Below, piece by piece: positions 1 to 12,470 of a stretch of DNA of 64,000 nt. The translations under genes and the position numbers were made by a program. The first letter of the stretch is position 1; each line of letters opens with the position of its first letter. Source of the stretch: an uncultured Acidobacteriota bacterium (GTDB lineage: Bacteria > Acidobacteriota > Blastocatellia > RBC074); the NCBI GenBank assembly GCA_963796275.1, contig CAWCKY010000006.1, positions 384,001-448,000 of the forward strand. The letters run 5' to 3'. The notes beneath the pieces were generated by a model, which was given only the letters and a program-made list of their open reading frames with translations, was not told the origin of the DNA and made no database searches.

Positions 1-1007
1 ACCACTTCGATCGCGGCTTTCTCGGCCGCGTCGTGTCCTACGCCGGGGCGTAGCGTGATGTCGATCGTGAACATTCCCGGATCGATGAACTGATATGATT
101 GTGCGCCTGCGTCGATCGCTATCTGGGTCTCGACCAGCGCCTGATAGAGGCGCGATGTGATGCCCGCTGAGAGGATATGATCGAGCACCGTAATTGCAGC
201 GGTATCAGTATGCCCGGTTTCAGGGATGTGCCATCCCATCTCAACGATTCCGAGTTGGCCGGACCGGCGAAGGACGAAGCGGATTTCGCCTTCCTGCGGC
301 GGTTCGGTCGTGTACATAGACGGAATCGGATCGGACGATGGCGGAATTTTGCCGAAGCGACGGGCGATCAGGTCGAGCGCAGAACGCTCTTCGAAGTCTC
401 CGACCAGAATCGCGGTCGCGTTGTTCGGATGATAGTAGGTGTCATAAAACTCTTTCAGGCGGGAAGTCGGCATGCCCTCGACATCCGATCGCCAGCCGAT
501 AGTGGGATGGTGGTAAGGATGTTCGCGAAAAGCCATCGCCCATAAACGGTCGTGCAGGATGCGCGCCGGGTCATTCTCGCCTCGTTCGAGCTCGTTTCGT
601 ACGACGGTCATCTCAGACTGGCGATCTTCGTCGGCAATGAATGAATTGCGCATGCGGTCGGCCTCGAGATGGATCGCCAGCTCGAGCTGATCACTCGGCA
701 GCATTTCATAATAGCGCGTTCGATCGAACCACGTGTCGGCATTGAAGACGGCCCCTTGTTTCTGGAGGGTGGCGGCGATCTGCGTGCCATTCTTTTTGTT
801 GAAAGTCGGCGTGCCTTTGAAGAGCATGTGCTCGAGCAGATGCGTGGCGCCCGTGTGTCCTACTGCTTCGTTGCGGGAGCCAACGCGATAGACGACCATA
901 AACGCCACCACCGGTGCCGCGCGCCGCTCGACGAGCAGGACTTTGAGGTCGTTAGATTTGAGCTTGTATTCGATGATTCCATCGTGTTCGGCAATTTTGG
1001 TAAACAT
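1..1007 (-). CDS. M16 (pitrilysin/insulinase) family zinc peptidase, 3' end truncated by window edge
   Basis: Absent from the ORF track because it has no stop in the window. Manual translation from ATG at 1007 gives MFTKIAEHDGIIEYKL...VGSRNE...GATHLLEHMLFKG (inverted HxxEH motif), HPYHHPTIGW and YYHPNNA, all typical M16 motifs. Confidence 0.9.
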   Translation of the reverse strand, partial: MFTKIAEHDGIIEYKLKSNDLKVLLVERRAAPVVAFMVVYRVGSRNEAVGHTGATHLLEHMLFKGTPTFNKKNGTQIAATLQKQGAVFNADTWFDRTRYYEMLPSDQLELAIHLEADRMRNSFIADEDRQSEMTVVRNELERGENDPARILHDRLWAMAFREHPYHHPTIGWRSDVEGMPTSRLKEFYDTYYHPNNATAILVGDFEERSALDLIARRFGKIPPSSDPIPSMYTTEPPQEGEIRFVLRRSGQLGIVEMGWHIPETGHTDTAAITVLDHILSAGITSRLYQALVETQIAIDAGAQSYQFIDPGMFTIDITLRPGVGHDAAEKAAIEV

Positions 1008-1107
1008 ATATTCCTTGTCTCACGCGATCCGACCGCGTGCGGTAGCGAGAGAGCCCTATTCGATGACCGATTGACGATGACTCGCTCGTTGCCGCGCGCG
1101 CTACTGA

Positions 1108-2169
1108 TCACGCGACTTCTTTGATCCCTGCCTTGGCCGCTTCGATAAAAGCCTTCGCGTTCCCCACCGGAACCATCGGCATAATCCCGTGACCCAGGTT
1201 CATAATATGTCCGACCGGACCGACTTTCTTCAGAACCTCGCGCACTCCCTCAGCAATCGTTTCCGGCGTGCCGAGTAAGGCACACGGATCGAGGTTTCCC
1301 TGCAGCGCGATATTTTCAAATCCTGCCGCGTCTAACCGGCGCCTGGCATCCGCAATGTCGATTCGCCAATCGACGCTCAATGCGTTCGCTCCGGATTCCG
1401 CCATCTTTTCGAGGATGTGGCTGCATCCGTTGACGTAGAGGATCGCCGGCACGCCGAGGCCTTCGGGACCGCGGTGCAATTTCTCGAAGACCTTCTGCTG
1501 GTATGGCAATGCGAACTCTTCGTAATCTGCCGCCGATAAGTCTCCGGCCCAGGTGTCGAAAAGTTGTACGACCTGTGCCCCGGCTTCAATCTGAGCATTG
1601 AGATAATCGGTGACGGTGACTGCGAGCTTCTCGAGCAGTTCGTGCAGCAGGACCGGGTTGCCGAACATCATTCGCTTGATCTCCGTGTAATTTCGCGTGG
1701 TGCCGCCCTCGATCATATAAGATGCGAGGGTGTATGGTGCGCCGGCGAACCCGATCAATGGCGCTTCGTTGCTGAGTTCATTGCGCAGCAACCGAATGAC
1801 GTTCATAACGAATCCGGTTTTATCCAGCGGATCGGGAACGATCAGTTTTTCTATCTGGCCCTTTGTGCGGATCGGATTCTCGAGCACGGGGCCTTTACTC
1901 TCGATAATGTCCAGTTTCATTCCCATCGCCTCAACCGGAATGAGGATATCGGAGAACATTATCACTGCATCGACACTGAGAATGCGATAAGGCTGCATCG
2001 ACACTTCAGCGGCGAGTTCAGGTGTTTTGCATAAGGTCAGGAAATCAGTTTTACCGCGAATGGCGCGGTATTCAGGCAGATATCGCCCCGCCTGCCGCAT
2101 CATCCAAACGGGAGCGCGGTCGATATCCTGGAAGCGGCAAGCGCGAAGTAAACGGTCATTCTTCATCAT
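1108..2169 (-). CDS. hemE: uroporphyrinogen decarboxylase
   Basis: PVWMMRQAGRYLPEY, FSDIL, LIGFAGAPYTLASY, QGNLDP and NLGHG signatures. Confidence 0.97.
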   Translation of the reverse strand: MMKNDRLLRACRFQDIDRAPVWMMRQAGRYLPEYRAIRGKTDFLTLCKTPELAAEVSMQPYRILSVDAVIMFSDILIPVEAMGMKLDIIESKGPVLENPIRTKGQIEKLIVPDPLDKTGFVMNVIRLLRNELSNEAPLIGFAGAPYTLASYMIEGGTTRNYTEIKRMMFGNPVLLHELLEKLAVTVTDYLNAQIEAGAQVVQLFDTWAGDLSAADYEEFALPYQQKVFEKLHRGPEGLGVPAILYVNGCSHILEKMAESGANALSVDWRIDIADARRRLDAAGFENIALQGNLDPCALLGTPETIAEGVREVLKKVGPVGHIMNLGHGIMPMVPVGNAKAFIEAAKAGIKEVA

Positions 2170-2319
2170 TTAGATTTATCTTGGCATTTATATCGGTAAT
2201 CATGGAAACGGATAAACCCGGAGTTATATTAGTGAATAATCCATGGATTCCGCTAAACCTGCACCTATATCTGGTTAATCGGTCACGATGTGTTTGTGAT
2301 TTGATCTTGTCCGCCAATC

Positions 2320-3315
2320 TCAAATTTTGGATTTCAAATCTTCTATGATCTGCCCGCCATGAAAGCGGCCATTTTCGATAAATATCTTGCCGGTATCTTT
2401 ACCCGCAGTGACCACGCCGGCCAAATAAATCCCCGGCACGTTCGATTCAAGCGTTGCCGGATCGAATGCCGGTTTCATCGTGCCGGGATCGATTGTGATC
2501 CCGAGCGCGCGCAGAAAATCGTTGTCAGTGTGGTAGCCCGTCAGAGCGAAGACGAAATCATTGGGCAGTTCGCGTTCTTCATCCGAAACAAGGTTGCGCA
2601 TTCGAATGCTGTTCTGCCCTATCTCAGTGACGATGGTTTGGAAGTAAGCCTTGACCTCACCATTCTTGATGCGGTTTTCGATGTCGGGCATTATCCAGTA
2701 CTTGATGCCTTCGCGCAACTGCGCGTTGCGATGGATCAACGAGACGCGCGCGCCGTGCCGGTAAAGGTCCAGCGCAGCTATCGCAGCCGAGTTGGCTCCG
2801 CCGATCACCGCGACATCACGATTATAGAAAGGGTGGGCATCCTTGTAGTAATGCGATACTTTGGATGAGCTCTCCCCCGGGATGCCGATGATGTTGGGAT
2901 AATCGAAATAACCGATGGCTACTATGATCTTGCGCGCACGATAAGCGCGTTTTTCGGAGGTCGCTAACAGTGTAGTCTCGACCATGAAATCACCGTCTAT
3001 CCCCTTCACCCGCTCGACTTTTTCATACTGGTTGACCCGCAGACGGTATGTCTCGACGACGCGCCGATAATATTTGAGCGCTTCGATCCGATTTGGTTTC
3101 TCCCGTTCGGAGACGAAGGGCAGGTCGCCGATCTCGAGCAACTCCGGCGTAGTGAAGAAGACCAGCTGCGTCGGATAGTTGTAAAGCGAGTTGACGAGAC
3201 AGCCCTTTTCTAGTACGAGGTAATCGAGGCCTAAGCGCGAGACTTCGATGGCACAAGCCAATCCTGTCGGACCGCCGCCGATAACAATGACATCGAAAAT
3301 TGGTTTATCTGGCAT
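2320..3315 (-). CDS. ypdA: YpdA-family FAD/NADPH oxidoreductase (putative bacillithiol disulfide reductase)
   Basis: GGGPTG FAD motif, EKGCLVNSLYNYP, SHYYKDAHPFY, IKYWIMPDIENRI and FIENGRFH match YpdA; no TrxR CxxC motif. Confidence 0.88.
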   Translation of the reverse strand: MPDKPIFDVIVIGGGPTGLACAIEVSRLGLDYLVLEKGCLVNSLYNYPTQLVFFTTPELLEIGDLPFVSEREKPNRIEALKYYRRVVETYRLRVNQYEKVERVKGIDGDFMVETTLLATSEKRAYRARKIIVAIGYFDYPNIIGIPGESSSKVSHYYKDAHPFYNRDVAVIGGANSAAIAALDLYRHGARVSLIHRNAQLREGIKYWIMPDIENRIKNGEVKAYFQTIVTEIGQNSIRMRNLVSDEERELPNDFVFALTGYHTDNDFLRALGITIDPGTMKPAFDPATLESNVPGIYLAGVVTAGKDTGKIFIENGRFHGGQIIEDLKSKI

Positions 3316-3350
3316 CGAGCTCGATAGATCCGGTCAGTTCATTCATCAGT

Positions 3351-4556
<1,206 letters not shown>

Positions 4557-4860
4557 TGTTTTAAGTTCCAGTCCTCCCGAAAAGATTATTGCTGAAAATG
4601 AGACCGATCATTATACACAACCCTTCTCCATAAATCGTATGCGGGTTTTAATAATTCTTCTAATGTGTTAATTAATATGGTGCCCCTACCGGTGCCCCCT
4701 ACCTTTGATTGTTCAAAGTGGATCATTTTTAAAAATCGATTAGGAAGCTCTGACATAAAATGCGCAACGAGGTTCCTCATAACCATCCTCATTGCGTGAT
4801 TGCGTCTTATAGCGGCTTAGTGTCCATACCGACCCCCGAATAAGTTAGGGAATAAGAGAC

Positions 4861-5394
4861 ATGGTTACGATTAATGCGAGTTGTACGGCGATATTTGTGT
4901 TTCTGTTTTCGATGATTGCCGGCGGGGGATTTCAAAACGAGGCGAAAGGGCCGGTGATCGATAGCGAAGAGCGATTGATGGTCGATATGATCAACGACTA
5001 TCGCGAAGAGCACGGGCTGGAGCGGCTTCAAACATCTATCGCGCTCACGCGCGCTGCCGACTGGATGACCAACGATATGGGCGCAAACGACATTTTCGGC
5101 CACACTGACAGTTTGGGGCGTGATCCGGGAGCGAGAATCGGTGCTTTCGGTTATAAAAACCACAGTTATCGAGGTGAGAACCTGGCGGCAGGATTCGCTG
5201 ATGCCGCGCGAACTTTCAAGCAATGGAAGGATTCGCCGTCACACAACGCAGCGATGCTCCATCCGAAGTTCAAAGTGATCGGGATCAGCCGCCTGAAGAA
5301 CGATTCCTCGCAATTCAAGTGGTACTGGGCGAGCGATTTCGGGGGGCACATCGATAAGACTTTCGAGGCGCTGCCGAATCAGGCCGGTCAATGA
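4861..5394 (+). CDS. secreted CAP (SCP/PR-1) domain protein
   Basis: Hydrophobic N-terminus; INDYREEHGL, FGHTDS, GENLAAG, WKDSPSHNAAML and YWASDFG CAP motifs. Confidence 0.88.
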   Translation: MVTINASCTAIFVFLFSMIAGGGFQNEAKGPVIDSEERLMVDMINDYREEHGLERLQTSIALTRAADWMTNDMGANDIFGHTDSLGRDPGARIGAFGYKNHSYRGENLAAGFADAARTFKQWKDSPSHNAAMLHPKFKVIGISRLKNDSSQFKWYWASDFGGHIDKTFEALPNQAGQ

Positions 5395-5479
5395 GCGATC
5401 GGTGAACAGGCAAGGATCGCGAAGAATCACAAAAAGCAAAAAAACTTTATGTTTCTGTGATTCTCTCGGCGATTTGCGC

Positions 5480-6952
5480 TTAGTACTTCGGCATCGTTCG
5501 ATCCACCTGATCCGCCCATCCCAGGATGCCACCCTTCAGGTTCTTGATCTTCTTGAACCCGGCCTTTTTCAATACTTCATAAGCCTTCGCGCTGCGCCCG
5601 CCCATTTTACAATGAACGACGATGTCATCTTCGGGGTTCAATTCGCTGGCGCGTTCTGCAAATTGGCCGAGTGGGATCAGGCGAGCTCCGTGGTTCTGCA
5701 GATTCGCTATCTGCCATTCGTGTGGTTCGCGCACGTCGATGATCGTCACCTGCTCACCCCGATCCAGCCTGTCCTTCAACTGTGCAGGCGAAATCTCCCA
5801 ATCGGAGCCCTCTGTCGCCTGCTCTTGCTCGGCATGCGGCGTAATGCCGCAGAACTGATCGTAATCGATCAACTCCTTGATCGTCGGGTGCTCGCCGCAG
5901 AGCGGGCATTCGGGATTACGCCGCAGCCTCAGCTCCTTGAACTTCATCTTGAGAGCATCGAAGAGCAGCAGGCGACCGATCAATGGTTCGCCCTGGCCTA
6001 TGATCAGCTTTATCGCTTCGGTCGCCTGAATGACCCCGATGATGCCCGGCAGGATTCCGAGCACTCCGCCTTCCGCGCACGAAGGCACGAGTCCCGGCGG
6101 CGGTGGTTCCGGGTACAGGCAGCGATAGCATGGCCCTCCGCCTTTGGGAAAAAAGACCGATGCCTGCCCGTCGAAGCGGAAAATGGACCCGTAAACATTG
6201 GGCTTGCCCAGCAATACGCTGGCATCGTTCACCAGATAGCGCGTTTGAAAGTTGTCTGTTCCATCGATGACGATGTCGTAATCTTTGATGATATCGAGCG
6301 CATTATCCGATCTAATCGCGAATTCGTAGCCATCGATACGTATGTGCGGGTTGATATCCGATAAGCGGTCAATAGCGGAGCGCAGTTTCGGCCGTCCGAC
6401 ATCTTTCGTGCCGTGTAGTACCTGGCGTTGCAGGTTGCTGTGATCGACGACGTCGAAATCGACGATGCCCAGCCGCCCGACACCAGCCGCGGCCAGGTAC
6501 AGGCCGAGCGGTGAGCCGAGCCCGCCCGCGCCGACGAGCAGAATGCTCGAAGCCTTGAGTTTTCGCTGACCCTCCATCCCGACTTCGGGCATTATCAGGT
6601 GACGGCTGTAACGGGCGATCTCATCTTTATTGAGGTCGGGCAGTGAAGCATCGCGAGCGTATAGTTCGGCTTCGGGCGCCGCGCCTCCCGCGATCGAAGG
6701 GATGATGCTGATATCGTCGCCGTCTTTGATCGGCGTCTCTTCGAGCTGCTTGTAGCGTATATCTTCGTCATTGACGTAGATGTTGACGAAGTTCCTGAGC
6801 TTGCCGTTGGCATCATACAGATGCTTTTTCAATTCGGGAAACTGCGCGGTCAAACTGGTGAGCGCTTGGCCTATGTTGTTTCCCTCGACTTGAACGGTAG
6901 CCTCTCCTCCAACCTGCTGACGGAGCGCCGTTGGAATTGAAATCTTTGGCAT
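5480..6952 (-). CDS. moeB: MoaD/CysO-like ubiquitin-like domain fused to MoeB/E1 adenylyltransferase and rhodanese (MoeZ-like)
   Basis: aa1-90 beta-grasp domain ending IIPSIAGG; E1 motifs VGAGGLGS, SNLQRQ, CYRC, SCAEGG and CPLC; C-terminal rhodanese loop HCKMGGRS. Confidence 0.93.
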   Translation of the reverse strand: MPKISIPTALRQQVGGEATVQVEGNNIGQALTSLTAQFPELKKHLYDANGKLRNFVNIYVNDEDIRYKQLEETPIKDGDDISIIPSIAGGAAPEAELYARDASLPDLNKDEIARYSRHLIMPEVGMEGQRKLKASSILLVGAGGLGSPLGLYLAAAGVGRLGIVDFDVVDHSNLQRQVLHGTKDVGRPKLRSAIDRLSDINPHIRIDGYEFAIRSDNALDIIKDYDIVIDGTDNFQTRYLVNDASVLLGKPNVYGSIFRFDGQASVFFPKGGGPCYRCLYPEPPPPGLVPSCAEGGVLGILPGIIGVIQATEAIKLIIGQGEPLIGRLLLFDALKMKFKELRLRRNPECPLCGEHPTIKELIDYDQFCGITPHAEQEQATEGSDWEISPAQLKDRLDRGEQVTIIDVREPHEWQIANLQNHGARLIPLGQFAERASELNPEDDIVVHCKMGGRSAKAYEVLKKAGFKKIKNLKGGILGWADQVDRTMPKY

Positions 6953-7030
6953 AAGTCGTCTCCTCAGAAAATAGTTTCAGTTTTATTGTCGGGCTGTTTC
7001 GCATTGACAACTAAAAACTAAAAACCAAAA

Positions 7031-7244
7031 GTAACCGCTCAGCCTCTTCGCCGCGTTAGCGGCGGTTGAGATTAGCCCTGGGTTTTAACCCACGGAAGGC
7101 TTGCCAGATATTCCCGCGTCGTGTTAGCGACGCAAGAATTCAACCGTCGCTGACGCGACGTGAAAAAAATCTACCGCGTCCGTGGGTTAAAACCCACGGC
7201 TACAATCAACCGCCGCTAACGCGGCGAAGAGGCTGAGCCGTTAC
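7031..7244. mobile_element. 214-bp nested palindromic REP/MITE-like element
   Basis: 39-bp terminal inverted repeats GTAAC(C/G)GCTCAGCCTCTTCGCCGCGTTAGCGGCGGTTGA with one mismatch. Inner inverted pair TAGCCCTGGGTTTTAACCCACGG / CCGTGGGTTAAAACCCACGGCTA. Inserted into an A-rich heptamer array. Confidence 0.75.
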
Positions 7245-7310
7245 GACTAAAAACTAAAAAACTAAAAAACTAAAATCTAAAATTTAAAATCTAAAATTTA
7301 AAATTTAAAA
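7245..7310. repeat. degenerate heptamer tandem array (AAAACTA / AAATCTA / AAATTTA)
   Basis: Directly visible; the same array continues on the other side of the palindromic element at 7008-7030. Confidence 0.8.
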
Positions 7311-7730
7311 TTATACTATCGCTTCTTCATCAAACTGTGAACGATCTCCGCGCAATGACCATACGCGGAGACCCGCGGCTTTTCCATCGCGTACCGATAC
7401 GATCAGATATGACCATTCGGTGAAAGGAGCGTGCTCGAGGTCGAACCCCGACGGCACGGCCGGGTGATCGGGATGCGAATGGTAATAACCCCACACCCCA
7501 AGCCCTCTTTTCGCCGCTTCACGCTCGGCGCGCGCGTAATCGAGCGGATCGATTTCGACGCGATTGTGACGCGAATCCTTGCGAATATTTGCGAGCGGCA
7601 AAACTTCGCGAACCGCCAGCGCGCCGCCCTCTACGACGCCCAGAAGCAGTCCTCCGCATTCCTCCGGATATGTCCGCTCGCCGTGGTTTTTAATAGCTTC
7701 TATGTGGTCGTTGGAGAGTTTGGCTTTCAT
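7311..7730 (-). CDS. JAB/MPN+ (M67) metallopeptidase, Mec+/CysO-cysteine peptidase-like
   Basis: YPEECGGLL glutamate plus YHSHPDHPAVPSGFD (HxH-x7-S-x2-D) JAMM motif. Confidence 0.93.
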   Translation of the reverse strand: MKAKLSNDHIEAIKNHGERTYPEECGGLLLGVVEGGALAVREVLPLANIRKDSRHNRVEIDPLDYARAEREAAKRGLGVWGYYHSHPDHPAVPSGFDLEHAPFTEWSYLIVSVRDGKAAGLRVWSLRGDRSQFDEEAIV

Positions 7731-7733
7731 CGG

Positions 7734-8669
7734 TCAATCATCCCAAAATTTTTCGGTCAAGTACTTGCTGCCGTCATCGCACAGAACGGTAACAAGCACG
7801 CCTTCGTCGATTCGCTCCGCGATTTTTATAGCCGCGGCGACATTGGCCGCTGCAGAGATGCCCACGAACCATCCTTCGCTTCGCACGAGCTGTTTCGCCA
7901 TTGCGTGAGCTTCTTCGGTTCCGATCGTGACCTGCTCGTCGGCAAATGCCGGATCATAGATGCCGGGTACGATCGCCGTCTCCATATGCTTCAGACCTTC
8001 CAGGCCGTGGAACGGTGAATCGGGCTCCATCGAGATTAACTGCACGCCGGGTTTTAGTTCGCGCAAGCGGCGGCCGGCGCCCATAAACGTCCCGCTAGTT
8101 CCCAGACCCGCGATGAAATGCGTGATGCGGCCATCCGTCTGTTCGAATATCTCCACGCCCGTAGTTTCGTAGTGCGCTCGCCAGTTGGCCGGATTGTTGT
8201 ATTGATCGGGATAAAAATATTTGTCCGGTTCGGCTGCTACGATTTCGCGTACTGCGAGGATTGCGCCGTCCGAGCCGGCGAGCGGGTCGGTCAATATGAG
8301 TTCTGCGCCGTAAGCCCGCAGTATACGCTTGCGCTCCTCGCTGGCGTTCTTCGGAAGACACAGCTTGACGCGGTAGCCGAGAGCGGCGGCGATAATGGCA
8401 TAAGCGATTCCCGTATTACCGCTCGTAGAGTCGATAATGGTTTTGTCCCGGGTGAGCGCCCCAGAGCGCTCGCCCTCGCGTATCATTCGCAGCGCCGGCC
8501 GATCTTTGACCGACCCTCCCGGATTCGCCCACTCAGCTTTGCCATAGATCTCAACTCGAGGGTTCTCAACCAGACGTTGGAGTTTGATCAAAGGCGTGTT
8601 TCCGATTAGGTCGAGTAGGAATGCGGGAGCGCCGTTAGCAGCAACAACAACAGCACTTGGTAGAGGCAT
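7734..8669 (-). CDS. cysM: PLP-dependent cysteine synthase (CysM-like)
   Basis: NPGGSVKDR (PLP lysine), STSGNTG, DQYNNPAN and GLGTSGT; adjacent to JAB and Ubl-E1 genes. Confidence 0.88.
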   Translation of the reverse strand: MPLPSAVVVAANGAPAFLLDLIGNTPLIKLQRLVENPRVEIYGKAEWANPGGSVKDRPALRMIREGERSGALTRDKTIIDSTSGNTGIAYAIIAAALGYRVKLCLPKNASEERKRILRAYGAELILTDPLAGSDGAILAVREIVAAEPDKYFYPDQYNNPANWRAHYETTGVEIFEQTDGRITHFIAGLGTSGTFMGAGRRLRELKPGVQLISMEPDSPFHGLEGLKHMETAIVPGIYDPAFADEQVTIGTEEAHAMAKQLVRSEGWFVGISAAANVAAAIKIAERIDEGVLVTVLCDDGSKYLTEKFWDD

Positions 8670-9014
8670 AACAGATTGAGCTTGCGACTCGGTTCATCAG
8701 TATTTCGATATGCAGTATTCGATCTGCGATAATCATAAATCAAATATAGCTATTACAGAGAGCATCATAGACCAGGTGGGTCGATACTTCAACCATGCAC
8801 CGCGCTGGTGGATTTTGTAGAGTTAACTCGTGTCAGAGGGAACTTATGAAAATATGCAAAGGCCAGCCGAGGGAACGAGGGGTATCGGCTGAACCGCTCG
8901 CATTGCATATCGGGCATATCGGGATGTTGGCGAAAGGCATTAACTATATTTTGGCCCGCTTGCCTTTATGGTCGTCTGAAACGCTCGTTTCAGGATTTCG
9001 GTCTCCCCGAGCGT

Positions 9015-10583
9015 TCAATGTTTCTTGCCATTGAGCTGCAGGCCATATTCGATACTGTCGACAATCGCCTGCCATGTGGCCGCAATTATATTTTCCCCGA
9101 CGCCGACCGTATTCCACGATCTTTCGCCGTCGCTCGTTTCGACATGCACGCGGGTCTTGGCTGCCGTCGCATTCTCCCCATCGAGGATGCGGACCTTGTA
9201 GTCTATCAGATGGAACCTGGATATCTCGGGGTAATGCGGCGCCAGAGCTTTGCGGAGCGCCAGGTCGAGCGCGTGCGCCGGACCTACGCCCAGACTGGCC
9301 GTATGCACCTCTTCTTCGCCGACTCTCAATCGCACGATCGCTTCCGGATCCCCGGAGGAGCCGATCCAGATGCGGTATTCGACCGTTTCGAAGAAATTCC
9401 GGCGTTTGCCGAGTGCGCTCAGGGCCAGCAATTGGAACGAAGCCTCGGCATCTTCGAACTGATAGCCCTCGTGCTCCAGCATTTTCAACTGCGTCAACAA
9501 TCGCCGCGCGGCATCGGCGTCCTTCGTGAACTCTTCACCGAGGCCATCGGCCTTGAAGCGGATGTTGCTGACGCCCGATTGATCGCTGATCAGCACGCGC
9601 GTCTCGTTGCCGACTGCTACCGGGTCGATGTGTTCGTAGGTCTCTTTCGCGCGCGCGACAGCCGAGACGTGAATCCCGCCTTTGTGCGCGAAGGCGCTCC
9701 GGCCGACAAACGCCGCCCGTTCGTTCGGTACGAGATTGGCCACCTCGTTGATATAACGGCTCGTATGCGTGAGCAGTTTAAGCTTTCCATCGGGCAGACA
9801 GCGCCGGCCCATCTTCAATTCCAGGTTCGGTATAACTGCGCAGAGGTTCGCATTGCCGCAGCGCTCGCCGTAGCCGTTGATCACTCCCTGAACGTGAGTG
9901 GCGCCCGCTTCTACCGCGGCGAGCGTGTTAGCGACCGCGAGCTCTCCGTCATTGTGGCAATGAATGCCCAGCCGGATCTCAGGAAACCGGGAGCGGACGA
10001 GCATGACCTTTTCGATTATCTGCTCGGGTAAACTGCCGCCATTTGTGTCGCAGAGGATTATCGCCTCGGCGCCTGCCCGCATCGCGGCGTTCAGGGTGTC
10101 GAGCGCGTATTCCGAGTTGGCGCGGAAGCCGTCGAAGAAATGTTCGGCATCGTAAAAGACGCGGCGGCCGCAGGCTTTTAGGTGACTGACCGTATCGGCG
10201 ATCATCCGCAGGTTCTCTTCGAGAGTGGTCTTGAGCGCGATCTCGACGTGAAAGTCCCAGGACTTTCCGAAGATCGTCACAATCGGAGTCTCAGCCGCGA
10301 GCAGGCACTGGACTACGGGATCGTCGGCTGCCATGCCGTTAGCGCGCCGGGTGCTGCCGAAAGCGGCCAATAGCCCTGATTTTAAAGAGACCGATTTTGC
10401 GCGTTCGAAAAATTCTATGTCTTTCGGGTTCGCGCCGGGCCATCCGCCCTCGATATAGGCGATGCCGGTTTCATCGAGCGCGCGCAGAATCTTGATCTTG
10501 TCTTCAACTGTATACGCCAGTCCTTCTCCCTGCGCACCATCGCGCAGTGTCGTATCATAAATTTCTACGAATGGGTCCTTCAT
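9015..10583 (-). CDS. cimA: citramalate synthase
   Basis: [35 protein letters not shown] and [10 protein letters not shown]. Start moved to the MKDPF ATG; the track start at 10613 is also possible. Confidence 0.93.
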   Translation of the reverse strand: MKDPFVEIYDTTLRDGAQGEGLAYTVEDKIKILRALDETGIAYIEGGWPGANPKDIEFFERAKSVSLKSGLLAAFGSTRRANGMAADDPVVQCLLAAETPIVTIFGKSWDFHVEIALKTTLEENLRMIADTVSHLKACGRRVFYDAEHFFDGFRANSEYALDTLNAAMRAGAEAIILCDTNGGSLPEQIIEKVMLVRSRFPEIRLGIHCHNDGELAVANTLAAVEAGATHVQGVINGYGERCGNANLCAVIPNLELKMGRRCLPDGKLKLLTHTSRYINEVANLVPNERAAFVGRSAFAHKGGIHVSAVARAKETYEHIDPVAVGNETRVLISDQSGVSNIRFKADGLGEEFTKDADAARRLLTQLKMLEHEGYQFEDAEASFQLLALSALGKRRNFFETVEYRIWIGSSGDPEAIVRLRVGEEEVHTASLGVGPAHALDLALRKALAPHYPEISRFHLIDYKVRILDGENATAAKTRVHVETSDGERSWNTVGVGENIIAATWQAIVDSIEYGLQLNGKKH

Positions 10584-10715
10584 AACACTTACGGGAATTG
10601 CTATGCCGCTCAAACACTATGTCGCGTTAGCGGGATTTCCACGGCTAAGTTCATTCCCGATAGCGCGGCCGCTGTGTTCTTTTAGTGAAAGCGGCGAAGC
10701 GGTTGAGCAAATTGT

Positions 10716-11732
<1,017 letters not shown>

Positions 11733-11753
11733 TGAAAATAACTCCTCAGAAAT

Positions 11754-11822
11754 AGTTTTCAGTTTTCAGCTTTCAGTCATCGATCAAGATCGCCCCCAAC
11801 TGAAAACTAGAAACTGAAAACT
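11754..11822. repeat. inverted heptamer array (AGTTTTC)n...(GAAAACT)n hairpin between ilvN and ilvC
   Basis: AGTTTTCAGTTTTCAGCTTTCAGT followed by ACTGAAAACTAGAAACTGAAAACT. Confidence 0.75.
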
Positions 11823-11828
11823 TTCATC

Positions 11829-12377
11829 TTATACTTTCTCGTTAAGTGACACCTGCGAGAAGGTCTCCTCGTTGCCTTTCGGCTGGTAGATTTTACTTGC
11901 TGCAACGCGTGCGATCGCGACCGTTCCTGTGCGGACGACCTCGCGCATACCAATGGGGCGGAGCAGATCGATAAAAGCCTCGACCTTCTCGGCGTTGCCG
12001 GTCAGTTCGACAATAAAAGCATCGGTCGAGACATCTACCACTCGGGCTCGGAATATCTCGACGAGGCTCAGCACCTCTTGCCTTTGCACGCCCTGCGACG
12101 CGTTGACCGTAACCATTACCATCTCTCGCTCGACGTGCGGCCGTTCGGTCAGATCGGTGACCTTGATCACTTTAATGAGCTTGCGCAATTGTTTGATGAT
12201 CTGCTCGATGACGTGATCGTTACCGTGAGTGGTCAAAGTCATCCGCGCGATGCCTTCTTCCGGCGTCGGGCCCACGCAAAGCGTGTCGACCTGATAGCCG
12301 CGCGCGCTGAAGAGGCCCGCAATCCGGGTGAGCATACCGTATTCGTTCTCGACAAGTAGTGAAATTGTATGTCTCAT
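11829..12377 (-). CDS. ilvN: acetolactate synthase small (regulatory) subunit
   Basis: [30 protein letters not shown] domain; [11 protein letters not shown] and EVVRTG. Confidence 0.96.
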   Translation of the reverse strand: MRHTISLLVENEYGMLTRIAGLFSARGYQVDTLCVGPTPEEGIARMTLTTHGNDHVIEQIIKQLRKLIKVIKVTDLTERPHVEREMVMVTVNASQGVQRQEVLSLVEIFRARVVDVSTDAFIVELTGNAEKVEAFIDLLRPIGMREVVRTGTVAIARVAASKIYQPKGNEETFSQVSLNEKV

Positions 12378-12380
12378 AAT

Positions 12381-12470
12381 CAGTTTTCAGTTTCCAGTTT
12401 ATAGTTTTCAGCAGTCGGTGATTCATTGAGATCGATAGCCATCGACGACTGAAACTTAAAACGGAAAACT
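12381..12470. repeat. inverted heptamer array hairpin between ilvB and ilvN
   Basis: CAGTTTTCAGTTTCCAGTTTATAGTTTTCAG followed by CTGAAACTTAAAACGGAAAACT. Confidence 0.7.

Noticed and set aside
5480-7730. Antiphage ubiquitin-like system (CBASS Cap2/Cap3, Bil, Bub)
   Set aside because: No E2, cyclase or effector gene; the rhodanese and cysM context indicates sulfur metabolism.
8670-9014. SAM riboswitch or T-box upstream of cysM
   Set aside because: No S-box or T-box consensus recognised on the minus strand.
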